The notes beneath the pieces were generated by a model. It made no database searches. It had not been told where the DNA came from and saw only the letters and a list, made by a program, of their open reading frames with translations. This document shows positions 9,323 to 17,982 of a DNA stretch of 64,000 nucleotides, in pieces; positions within the stretch are counted from its first letter, which is position 1, and each line of letters opens with the position of its first letter. The stretch lies in contig JAFWXZ010000070.1 in NCBI GenBank assembly GCA_017522795.1, positions 6,202 to 70,201 on the forward strand, written 5' to 3'. Position numbers and translations under genes: made by a program. Source of the stretch: Clostridia bacterium. Its GTDB lineage: Bacteria; Bacillota; Clostridia; Oscillospirales; CAG-272.

Positions 9323-9757
9323 ATGAAAAAGGTTCAGCTATACACCGACGGCGCTTGCCGAGGCAATCCCGGCAGGGGCGGATGGGGCGCGATACTCGTA
9401 TACGGTGTTTATGAAAAGGAGCTTTCTGGCGGCGAGAGGGAGACTACCAACAACCGTATGGAGCTTACCGCAGCTATCGAGGGGCTTTCCGCATTGAAGG
9501 AGCCCTGTGAGGTGACTCTTTACTCCGATTCAAAATATCTTGTTGATGCCTACGTTAACGGATGGGTTGAGTCCTGGCGCGCTGCAGGTTGGCGGCGCGG
9601 ACGTGATCAGCTTAAAAATCCTGACCTGTGGGAGCGACTTTATTCTCTTACCGAGATACATAAGGTGGACTTCGTATGGGTGAAGGGACACAACGGTCAC
9701 GATTACAATGAGAGATGCGACAGGCTTGCTACAGCCTACGCCGACTCCTTCGATTAA
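9323..9757 (+). CDS. rnhA: Ribonuclease HI
   Basis: [20 protein letters not shown] ... [14 protein letters not shown] ... [17 protein letters not shown], carrying the DEDD catalytic motifs of RNase HI. Confidence 0.93.
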   Translation: MKKVQLYTDGACRGNPGRGGWGAILVYGVYEKELSGGERETTNNRMELTAAIEGLSALKEPCEVTLYSDSKYLVDAYVNGWVESWRAAGWRRGRDQLKNPDLWERLYSLTEIHKVDFVWVKGHNGHDYNERCDRLATAYADSFD

Positions 9758-9794
9758 TTATATTATATTAATTAAATGAAAGGTTTTTACCAGA

Positions 9795-11480
9795 ATGAGT
9801 GAAAACATAAAAAATAAAACTATAGAAAAAGAAGAGGGCAAGAAGAAAATTTCCGAGAAAAATCTTGCCGTTATCATCACCGCGGGTATCCTTGCGATAC
9901 TACTTATCGTCACTGCGGTTATCAGCTTGGTTCAGGCTATTGCGCAGGATGTTTGGTTTGATTACTTCACCTCCGACCTTGACGATTATATTGAGATGCC
10001 CGATGACTATAAGAATTTCAAGGTTAATATCGATCTTGCAAAGGCGCACGATATTGATATTGATGTAACCATACTTAATATGCTCTATGAGGATAAGAGC
10101 GAGACTCCCCTCTACGGCGGATCTCCCGTCACCTCTCCTATCACTATTACCGCAGGCGATACCGTAAGCATCTGGTATCGCGGATATATTCTTGACGAGG
10201 ACGGCGAGAAGCTTTATCTCGACGGAATGTCTAACTTTACAGGTAACTCGCCCTACGCTCTCGGAATCGGCTCTAACGGCTTCGTTCCCGGCTTTGAGCT
10301 TAATCTTATCGGTAAGAATACCGGTGATTCTCCCAAGTTTGAGAAGATCACCGAGGGTGAGATCAACGATGGTATGGTTCTTTACGTAAGCTATTCCGTT
10401 CCTTCTGCTACCGACGCTTCAAAGGTCGAGAAAAAGAGCGACGTAAGGCTTGATCTCTCCGAGGACCTTGATGCTATCTACGGCGCAAGCTTCAAGGAGA
10501 AGCTTATGAAGCTTAAGATCGGTGCCAAGGCCGATATCACCTCTACCCTTAACGATAAGAGCATCACCTACAAGGATCTTACAGTTTCCTTTGCAACCGA
10601 GTGCGAGAAGAATCCTATCGTTATTGAGTGTTACTTCCCCTATGATTATTCTAATAATAAGGATCTTCGTAACGAGACCGCATACTTTGAGATCTATATT
10701 GATGGCGTTATCGTTTACGATTGCCCTGAGTTCACCGATGAATATCTCAAGAAGAAGATTGAGGATAAGGATATTAATCTCACTCTCGACGAGCTTAATG
10801 AGTACGAGGGCGCAACTCTTGTTGAAAAGTATTATGCATTCGCCAAGAAGACTATGGATGATATCTATGAAACCAGCTACGATTCTCTTGTAGAGACTGC
10901 CATATGGAATCACTTCTCCTCCGCTGTTAAGGTAAAGAAGTATCCCGCAGCAAAGGTCGAGGAGGTATTTAACACCTTTATTGACGATCTTAGCGACCAG
11001 TATCTGGCATACGGAGGACAGGCATACGACAGCACCACAGGTCAGTATAAGACTTATGATACACTTGAGGCGTTCATTCCCGCATATCTTGGTCTCCCCT
11101 CTACCACTAACTGGAAGACCTATCTCACCGAGATGGCGCAGAGCACCGTTAAGGAGAGAATGATAATGTACTATCTTCTCAGAGAAGAGAACCTTATTCC
11201 CTCTGAGGATAAGTACAAGGAGCTTCTTGACGAGATCCACCAGGAGTACCTTGACGAGTATATTGCTCAGTACTTAAGCTATGAGGGCAAGACTGAGGAT
11301 GATTACACCGAAGAGGAGTATGCCGAGCTTGTTGAGGATTGCCGTGAGGACATTCTCACATACTACACCGAGGAATTCTATGAAATGAAGGTTTACTACG
11401 GAATAGTTGCCGATGAATTTATTGATTGGCCTGAGGTAAGCACTCTCGACGATCGCAGAGCTTATCCCTTTGATAAGTAA
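9795..11480 (+). CDS. Membrane-anchored trigger-factor-like protein (FKBP-type PPIase-like domain plus TF C-terminal-like domain)
   Basis: N-terminal TM anchor (LAVIITAGILAILLIVTAVISLV). FKBP/TF-like core GDTVSIWYRGYILDEDGEKLYLDG...LGIGSNGFVPGFELNLIGKNTGD. Acidic helical C-terminal half. Confidence 0.7.
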   Translation: MSENIKNKTIEKEEGKKKISEKNLAVIITAGILAILLIVTAVISLVQAIAQDVWFDYFTSDLDDYIEMPDDYKNFKVNIDLAKAHDIDIDVTILNMLYEDKSETPLYGGSPVTSPITITAGDTVSIWYRGYILDEDGEKLYLDGMSNFTGNSPYALGIGSNGFVPGFELNLIGKNTGDSPKFEKITEGEINDGMVLYVSYSVPSATDASKVEKKSDVRLDLSEDLDAIYGASFKEKLMKLKIGAKADITSTLNDKSITYKDLTVSFATECEKNPIVIECYFPYDYSNNKDLRNETAYFEIYIDGVIVYDCPEFTDEYLKKKIEDKDINLTLDELNEYEGATLVEKYYAFAKKTMDDIYETSYDSLVETAIWNHFSSAVKVKKYPAAKVEEVFNTFIDDLSDQYLAYGGQAYDSTTGQYKTYDTLEAFIPAYLGLPSTTNWKTYLTEMAQSTVKERMIMYYLLREENLIPSEDKYKELLDEIHQEYLDEYIAQYLSYEGKTEDDYTEEEYAELVEDCREDILTYYTEEFYEMKVYYGIVADEFIDWPEVSTLDDRRAYPFDK

Positions 11481-11483
11481 ACA

Positions 11484-11516
11484 AAAAAGCAGGTAGAAAT
11501 ACCTGCTTTTTTTATT
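11484..11516. terminator. Bidirectional rho-independent terminator
   Basis: Stem AGCAGGTA / TACCTGCT with a GAAA loop, A-run on the left and T-run on the right, between convergent genes. Confidence 0.75.
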
Positions 11517-11533
11517 CGAAATTCGGAATTTAT

Positions 11534-13288
11534 TTAATTTTGCTTCCAGATCCTCAGCATACTTTGCTTGTGATACTGTCTTGGATCGGTGTAGCCCTGT
11601 TCGGCAGCCTTTTTGTAGTAGGATACCGCCTTCTTGCGATCGGGATCGGTGGTTATGCCAAATTCATGCAGGCAACCGATAGAGTAGGTTGCTTTTCCAA
11701 GACCAAGCTGCATGCATACCTCAAGCATACTGCGCGCCACGTCGTATTTTTTCTGATAATATAGCTCCATCGCGTTGGAATAGAGCGAACGGATCATATG
11801 CTTTTTCTTGTTTTCATAGATGCGATATAGCTCTCTGTCTGCCGAGCGAGAGCCCATTTCTCTCGCTACCGATAGCAGCTCGGATGCGCGCTCAAAGTTA
11901 AACGCAATGCCTATTCCTCTGGCATAGCATCTGCCGAGGCTCTCAATAGCTCGCTTATCACCGGCTTCATAGGCTATCTTATAGTGGTTGTAGGCGGCTT
12001 TTCTGTCCACCTTCGTACCGATTCCTCTTTCGTAGTACCAACCGATTCGCGCGTTGGCGGGGAGATATCCCGACTCCACCGATTTTTTGAACAGTTTGAA
12101 CGCCTCGTCGGGCTCGGATCGCTCAAGGCGTGTTGCCTCTATGTAATATCTTTCGCGTTCCTCGTGCATAAGCTCAAGCTTTCTCTTACAGCCAAAGCTG
12201 CCGCTCTCTGCACCTTTTTCAAACAGCGAGAGGGCAAGCGCGTAATCAGGCTCGCACACCTTGCCTTTCAGGAAAACATCGCCAAGGCTTTCGTATTCTC
12301 CCTCGCCCCCAAGCTCGGCTGCGTGTCTGTAATACTTTTCCGCGAGAGCAATATCCTGCTCCACCTGCTCACCGTCGTAGTAAAGGTCGCCAAGTAGCTT
12401 TGCACCAATAACCGAGCGGTTTTGTACCGCCTCCTCAAGTATGGATATACCCATCTCCACGTCCTGTCTGAACTCTATACCCTCTATGTGAAGCATAGCG
12501 AGGAAAACTCTCGCATCCTTTGTGCCGTTTTCTGCGTATAGCTGGCAGAGAGTAAGAAGAATTTTGGTAAAGCCAAACTTCTTCGCCGCCGAGATAAGCC
12601 TTTCGATAATTCGATTTCTGTCGGTAAAGCGGGGAAGCTCGGGACGGATGGATCTGCCCTCAACAGCCTGAATTCTTCTGTAAAGCTTCAGCGCGTGAAT
12701 GGGCGCGCGCTCAATGCGCTCAATATACCATTTCGCCATTCTCTCGTTCTGCTCAACGCCGTCTCCGTACAAATGACGTCTTGCCATCTCAATAAGAGCG
12801 TCGGTATCGTTTTCCTCGGCAATCAGAGAGCAATAATATGCCGCCGTACCTCTTTCTTTGTAGCGGGTATAGAGGGCAAAGGCATCGGGATAGGCCTCCT
12901 TACAACCCATAAGCGCGGCATAGGCAAGCCAGAAGTCACTTTTTGCATCGTTGCCCACCAGCATATGTGAGTGCTTGTATGCAGAAAAGGCATCGCCCTT
13001 TACCGCCGCAGATGCATAATACTGCACTGCCGCCTCATAGTCGCGGGGAACGAGAATTCCCTTTTCAAGAATCAGGGCAAGCTCGCGCTCACCGTCTCTG
13101 TTTCCGAGGGCGGCGAGAAGCTTATATATATTAACGGCGCGGATAAAATCGTTTCTGCTATACAGCAGCTTCGCCTCGCTGACAAGCTCCTCGCACTCAC
13201 TCTCGGTAAGCTCGTAGGGGGTCTGACATTCGGGGCACGCCCTTTCGTAGCGGGGGCTTTGATATCCGCAATTCTTGCATCTGATCAT
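11534..13288 (-). CDS. Sel1-like repeat (SLR/TPR) protein with N-terminal zinc ribbon
   Basis: N-terminal CxxC...CxxC (CKNCGYQSPRYERACPECQ). After it come more than 10 Sel1-type repeats (A..YY..AA..G...A...LG..Y). I chose the ATG at 13288 (RBS AGGAAAGGA) over the track start at 13324. Confidence 0.8.
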   Translation of the reverse strand: MIRCKNCGYQSPRYERACPECQTPYELTESECEELVSEAKLLYSRNDFIRAVNIYKLLAALGNRDGERELALILEKGILVPRDYEAAVQYYASAAVKGDAFSAYKHSHMLVGNDAKSDFWLAYAALMGCKEAYPDAFALYTRYKERGTAAYYCSLIAEENDTDALIEMARRHLYGDGVEQNERMAKWYIERIERAPIHALKLYRRIQAVEGRSIRPELPRFTDRNRIIERLISAAKKFGFTKILLTLCQLYAENGTKDARVFLAMLHIEGIEFRQDVEMGISILEEAVQNRSVIGAKLLGDLYYDGEQVEQDIALAEKYYRHAAELGGEGEYESLGDVFLKGKVCEPDYALALSLFEKGAESGSFGCKRKLELMHEERERYYIEATRLERSEPDEAFKLFKKSVESGYLPANARIGWYYERGIGTKVDRKAAYNHYKIAYEAGDKRAIESLGRCYARGIGIAFNFERASELLSVAREMGSRSADRELYRIYENKKKHMIRSLYSNAMELYYQKKYDVARSMLEVCMQLGLGKATYSIGCLHEFGITTDPDRKKAVSYYKKAAEQGYTDPRQYHKQSMLRIWKQN

Positions 13289-13455
13289 TGATCGGTCCTT
13301 TCCTTGACGCCTTGCCGGCTTCAATACTCATCTGCGACAAACATACGCATAATTTACGTATTTATTTTACAACAATATTAAAGTTTTGTCAATGATATAA
13401 ATAATTTTCTCCCGCGCGGTTAAACTATTATTAACTCATAAAAAGGAGAAAAAAG

Positions 13456-13626
13456 ATGTTTAATAACAAAAAGGCGGGTTTTATGCGACATCCTTACGCT
13501 ATGCTGACCGTTATTGGACTTGCAACGGCGGGTGTTCTTGCGGTTAGCAGCAAAATGAAAGGCTTTATTACCGACAAAACAAAGCAGATGAGTCATATGA
13601 TGCATAATATGAAAAATGAATTTTAG
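13456..13626 (+). CDS. Small (56 aa) single-TM protein, not in the supplied track
   Basis: Strong RBS AAAAGGAGA 6 nt upstream of the ATG. Sequence MFNNKKAGFMRHPYAMLTVIGLATAGVLAVSSKMKGFITDKTKQMSHMMHNMKNEF. TAG stop, followed by a terminator. Confidence 0.5.
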   Translation: MFNNKKAGFMRHPYAMLTVIGLATAGVLAVSSKMKGFITDKTKQMSHMMHNMKNEF

Positions 13627-13654
13627 TAATTAATAACTAACCCGGTTTCAATAC

Positions 13655-13680
13655 AAAAAGCTCCCCGTAGGGAGCTTTTT
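13655..13680. terminator. Bidirectional rho-independent terminator (small ORF / nrdD)
   Basis: AAAAAGCTCCC CGTA GGGAGCTTTTT is a perfect hairpin flanked by A5 and T5. Confidence 0.85.
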
Positions 13681-13706
13681 GCTAATAAAGGTTTGCAAAT
13701 CGAGCA

Positions 13707-15881
13707 TTAAAGATGCAAAACGCGGTCCTTTATCTCGCTCGTTCTGCCTTGATTCCAATACTGTGTACCGATGTATCCGCAGGTGCGTCTTGCCACGTTC
13801 ATCCTGCTTTGATCGCGGTTTTTGCAGGAGGGGCATTCCCACATAAGTTTGCCGTGATCCTCTACCACAAGTATCTCGCCGTCCCAGCCGCATACCTGAC
13901 AATAATCGCTCTTGGTATTCAGCTCGGCGTACATAATATTATCGTATATATAGCTCATAACGTCAAGAACAGCCTCAATATTGTTCTGCATATCTGGCAC
14001 CTCAACGTAGGATATTGCTCCACCCGGGGAGAGCGCCTGGAACTTTGCCTCAAGCGAGAGCTTTTCAAAGGCGTCTATCTCCTCGGTCACGTGGACGTGG
14101 TAGGAGTTTGTAATATAGCTTTTGTCGGTTATTCCCTTGACAATGCCAAAGCGGTTTTGCAGGCATTTTGCAAACTTATAAGTAGTGCTTTCAAGAGGCG
14201 TGCCGTAAAGTGAGTAGTCGATATTCTCCGCCGCCTTCCACCTTGCGGTGTAGGAGTTGAGCATTCTCATGATCTCAAGGCCGAGAGCCTCGCCTTCAGG
14301 CTCGGTCAACTTCTTGCCCGAAAGGGCAAGCACGCATTCCCAGAGTCCCGCATAGCCAAGAGAAAGGGTAGAGTAGCCGCCGTAGAGATAATCGTCGATT
14401 TTTTCACCCGACTTCAGTCTTGTCAGCGCGCCGTACTGCCAGAGAATAGGTGCGGCGTCGGAGGTTGTACCGAGAAGTCTTTCATGACGGCAGCGAAGCG
14501 CGCGGTGGCAAAGCTCCATTCGCTCGTCAAATATCTTTCTGAAGCGGTCCATATCGCCCTCGGCGGACAGACCGATGTCAACGAGGTTTACGGTGACAAC
14601 ACCTTGGTTGAAGCGACCGTAATACTTAGGCTTTCCGTCCTTATCAACGTATGGGGTAAGGAAGGAGCGACAGCCCATACAGGTATAGCACTGTCCGTCC
14701 CCGTTCTTATCCACCTTGTTCTGAAGCATAATCTTCTCGGAAATATAGTCGGGAACCATACGCTTTGCGGTGCATTTTGCCGCAAGGCGAGTCAGGTGGT
14801 AGAATCTCGAGCTCTCGTGAATATTATCCTCCTCAAGCACGTAGATAAGCTTGGGGAAGGCGGGTGTGATCCATACACCGGCTTCGTTCTTAATTCCCTG
14901 AATACGCTGATTCAGAACCTCCTCGATTATAAGAGCAAGGTCAGCCTTCGTACGCTCGTCCTTCGCCTCGCCAAGATACATAAACATAGTGATAAAGGGT
15001 GCCTGTCCATTGGTGGTCAGCAGGGTGACAACCTGATACTGTATGCACTGAACACCGCGGTTTATCTCCTCTGCAAGACGCTGCTCGGTGATCTTATCCA
15101 CCTGCTCGTCGGTGAAGTCAACCCTCGCAGTACTAAGCTCCTCCACGGTTCTTTTTCTCAGCTTCTGTCTGCTGACGTCAACGAAGGGGGCAAGGTGGGT
15201 AAGGCTGATGGACTGACCGCCGTACTGATTTGATGCGACCTGGGCGATGATCTGCGCCGCAATATTACAGGCAGTGGAAAAGCTCTTCGGCTTCTCAATA
15301 AGAGTGCCACTGATAACCGTTCCGTTCTGCAGCATATCCTCAAGATTTACCAGGTCGCAGTTGTGCATATGCTGTGCAAAGTAGTCGGCATCGTGAAAGT
15401 GGATAATACCCTCCTCGTGTGCCTTTACTATATCTGGTGGCAGGAGAATTCTGCGTGTCAGATCCTTTGAGACCTCGCCTGCCATATAGTCGCGCTGAAT
15501 GGAGTTGACGATGGGATTTTTGTTGGAGTTCTCCTGCTTTAAGTCCTCATTCGAGCATTCGATAAGCGACATAATGCGCTCGTCGGTGGTGTTGGACTTA
15601 CGCACAAGCTCGCGGGTGTAGCGATAGGTTATGTAGGTCTTTGCAAGCGTAAAGGCACCGAGGGACATTATCTCCCTCTCCACCATATCCTGTATCTCCT
15701 CCACCTCGCAGGCGCGGCAGAGCTTCTCGCATTTCTCGGTCACGCGATCGGTTATTCCGCTTATCTGCTCTAAGCTTATGCGGTGTATAGGCTCGACAGC
15801 ATCGTTTGCCTTACAGACAGCGGCGTATATCTTGCTTTTGTCAAAGAGCGCCTCAGCACCGTTTCTTTTGATTATTTTCAT
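13707..15881 (-). CDS. nrdD: Anaerobic ribonucleoside-triphosphate reductase (class III)
   Basis: N-terminal ATP-cone (MKIIKRNGAEALFDKSKI). C-terminal Zn site CQVC...CPSC. Glycyl-radical motif RRTCGYIG. Confidence 0.95.
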   Translation of the reverse strand: MKIIKRNGAEALFDKSKIYAAVCKANDAVEPIHRISLEQISGITDRVTEKCEKLCRACEVEEIQDMVEREIMSLGAFTLAKTYITYRYTRELVRKSNTTDERIMSLIECSNEDLKQENSNKNPIVNSIQRDYMAGEVSKDLTRRILLPPDIVKAHEEGIIHFHDADYFAQHMHNCDLVNLEDMLQNGTVISGTLIEKPKSFSTACNIAAQIIAQVASNQYGGQSISLTHLAPFVDVSRQKLRKRTVEELSTARVDFTDEQVDKITEQRLAEEINRGVQCIQYQVVTLLTTNGQAPFITMFMYLGEAKDERTKADLALIIEEVLNQRIQGIKNEAGVWITPAFPKLIYVLEEDNIHESSRFYHLTRLAAKCTAKRMVPDYISEKIMLQNKVDKNGDGQCYTCMGCRSFLTPYVDKDGKPKYYGRFNQGVVTVNLVDIGLSAEGDMDRFRKIFDERMELCHRALRCRHERLLGTTSDAAPILWQYGALTRLKSGEKIDDYLYGGYSTLSLGYAGLWECVLALSGKKLTEPEGEALGLEIMRMLNSYTARWKAAENIDYSLYGTPLESTTYKFAKCLQNRFGIVKGITDKSYITNSYHVHVTEEIDAFEKLSLEAKFQALSPGGAISYVEVPDMQNNIEAVLDVMSYIYDNIMYAELNTKSDYCQVCGWDGEILVVEDHGKLMWECPSCKNRDQSRMNVARRTCGYIGTQYWNQGRTSEIKDRVLHL

Positions 15882-15927
15882 ATTGTTATCCTTAAATTTT
15901 TATCATTATTTTTATCTTTGTAGGTAT

Positions 15928-15957
15928 ATTATATAACATATATAACTTTTTTGTCAA
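15928..15957 (-). promoter_or_regulatory. Sigma-A type promoter for nrdD
   Basis: On the minus strand: TTGACA, 18-nt spacer, TATAAT. It lies about 45 nt upstream of the nrdD ATG. Confidence 0.55.
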
Positions 15958-15984
15958 TATAGTTTTATAGGTGAAAAATAAAAA

Positions 15985-16911
15985 ATGATTAAAGAAAAAA
16001 CTGTTCTTTCGCTAGTTGGCAGAACGCCAATAGTGCGACTTTATGAAATTGAAAAGTATTTTGACCTGTCTGCCAGACTGTACGCAAGTCTTGAGAGCTA
16101 CAATCCGTCGGGCTCGGTGAAGGACAGAGCTGCTCTTTTTATGATTCGTGAAGCGCTTGAGAGCGGAAAGCTTCGGGAGGGTGGCGTAGTAATTGAGGCA
16201 ACCAGCGGAAATATGGGCATATCTCTGTCTATGCTGTCATTGGTGTATAATTATCGCGCGATAATACTGATGCCCAAGAATATGTCAGAGGAGCGGATAC
16301 GGCTTATCAAATCATACGGAGGCGAGGTCGTGCTGACAAATGCCGATAGAGGAATGTCGGGCGCGATAGATAGGGCAGAGGAGCTGGCGGGAGAGATGCG
16401 CGCATTTATTCCCTCGCAGTTTACAAACCGACAAAATCTGCTTGCTCATTACTCTACCACAGGACCGCAGATTTTTCGTGAGCTTTGCGGTGGGGTAGAC
16501 ATCTTTGTATGTGGAGTAGGGACGGGTGGAACAATAGGCGGTGTAGGGCGGTATTTAAAAGAGAAAAGTCCCTCGGTACGTATCTTTGCCGTCGAGCCCT
16601 ATGAGTCTGCCGTTGTTTCGGGCAGAGGGCGTGGAAGTCACGGAATACAGGGAATTGGCGCAGGTTTTGTTCCGCCGCTTCTCGACCTTGCACTGATAGA
16701 CGGAGTGATAGCCCCCACCACCGACGAGGCTGTGGAATACCAAAAAATATTGCTTAAAAAGGAAGGGGTTTTAGCAGGAATATCCTCAGGAGCGTCGCTT
16801 TTTGGCGCGGTAAAACTTGCCCAGAGGGAAGAAAATAAAGGCAAAAGCATTGTCACACTGTTTGCCGACGGCAGTGAGAGGTATCTCTCGGTCAACTTAG
16901 ATAAACCTTAA
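15985..16911 (+). CDS. cysK: Cysteine synthase A (O-acetylserine sulfhydrylase)
   Basis: PLP-lysine motif NPSGSVKDRAA, ATSGNMG, and the glycine loop GVGTGGTIGG. Confidence 0.92.
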   Translation: MIKEKTVLSLVGRTPIVRLYEIEKYFDLSARLYASLESYNPSGSVKDRAALFMIREALESGKLREGGVVIEATSGNMGISLSMLSLVYNYRAIILMPKNMSEERIRLIKSYGGEVVLTNADRGMSGAIDRAEELAGEMRAFIPSQFTNRQNLLAHYSTTGPQIFRELCGGVDIFVCGVGTGGTIGGVGRYLKEKSPSVRIFAVEPYESAVVSGRGRGSHGIQGIGAGFVPPLLDLALIDGVIAPTTDEAVEYQKILLKKEGVLAGISSGASLFGAVKLAQREENKGKSIVTLFADGSERYLSVNLDKP

Positions 16912-16926
16912 AGAAAAGCGCACAAC

Positions 16927-16955
16927 TTGACATAAAATGTAAATTATGTTATAAT
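16927..16955 (+). promoter_or_regulatory. Consensus sigma-A promoter for degV
   Basis: TTGACA (16927-16932), 17-nt spacer, TGtTATAAT (16947-16955). Confidence 0.7.
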
Positions 16956-16991
16956 TGGACAGATTAATTATGAAGAAAAGGAAGTATTACT

Positions 16992-17825
16992 ATGAACTAT
17001 AAAATAGTTTCCGACTCATCTTCTGACCTCAGGGAGCTTTCAGAAATTGACTTTGAAAGCGCGCCTCTAAAGATAATAACCGATAACAAGGAATATATTG
17101 ACGATGCATCACTTGACGTGGTAGGCATGCTTTCGGATCTGAAGACTTATAAGGGAAAATCCCGTTCGTCATGCCCTAATTCCGAGGAGTATTTAAGAGC
17201 ATTTGGAGATGTGGAAAATATATTCTGTATCACCATCACAAGCAACCTTTCGGGCAGCTTCAATTCGGCATCCATCGCCGCAAAGCAGTACAAAGAGGCT
17301 CACCCAGATTGTAATATTCACGTAATCGACAGTCTTACTACAGGTCCGGAGACCGCTCTCGTAATAGAGAAGCTTCGCTCGCTTATCCTTGAAGGCGAGG
17401 ATTTTGAGAGCATTAAGGAAGAAATTACTGATTATAACACAAATCACACAAGGCTTCTTTTCGCCCTCGAATCTATGCATAATCTTGCTAACAACGGCAG
17501 GGTAAATCCCATAGTTGCAAAGATGGCTGGACTTCTCGGTATAAGAGCCATCGGCAGAGCAAGCGACGTCGGAACTCTTGAGATGATCTGTAAGTCAAGA
17601 GGTCCCGTTGCTATGGTAAATGACATCTTTGCCAATATGGTAGGCGATGGCTATAAGGGCGGCAGAGTAAAGATACATCACGCGAATAATCTTTCCGCCA
17701 CAGAACTACTTATTTCAAAAATCAGAGAGAGCTATCCTGATGCGCAGATTGACGTGGGATTTGCGGGTGGACTTTGCTCCTTCTATGCAGAGCAGGGTGG
17801 CCTGCTTATCGGATTTGAAATCTAA
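16992..17825 (+). CDS. DegV family fatty-acid-binding protein
   Basis: N-terminus KIVSDSSSDL and overall DegV architecture, 277 aa. Confidence 0.88.
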   Translation: MNYKIVSDSSSDLRELSEIDFESAPLKIITDNKEYIDDASLDVVGMLSDLKTYKGKSRSSCPNSEEYLRAFGDVENIFCITITSNLSGSFNSASIAAKQYKEAHPDCNIHVIDSLTTGPETALVIEKLRSLILEGEDFESIKEEITDYNTNHTRLLFALESMHNLANNGRVNPIVAKMAGLLGIRAIGRASDVGTLEMICKSRGPVAMVNDIFANMVGDGYKGGRVKIHHANNLSATELLISKIRESYPDAQIDVGFAGGLCSFYAEQGGLLIGFEI

Positions 17826-17846
17826 GTTTTGACAACTTACATTTAC

Positions 17847-17886
17847 AAAAAAGCGCCTTTTTCATCTGAGTTGGCGCTTTTTTCTT
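17847..17886 (+). terminator. Rho-independent terminator after degV
   Basis: AAGCGCC ... GGCGCTT stem followed by T6. Confidence 0.6.
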
Positions 17887-17924
17887 TTGGTTGACTGAAG
17901 ATTTTTGAGATTGAATATTGGCTA

Positions 17925-17953
17925 TTGCATTTTTAAAGATTATATGCTACAAT
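17925..17953 (+). promoter_or_regulatory. Sigma-A type promoter for the MATE gene
   Basis: TTGCAT, 17-nt spacer, extended -10 TGcTACAAT. Confidence 0.55.
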
Positions 17954-17982
17954 TATTTGTAATTAAAAAATAGAGGAAAGTA

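Noticed and set aside
15882-15984. NrdR boxes in the nrdD promoter region
   Set aside because: The region is AT-rich with TATA-type pseudo-palindromes (for example ATAACATATATAAC). I could not identify two properly spaced boxes matching the NrdR consensus, so the evidence is too weak to call.
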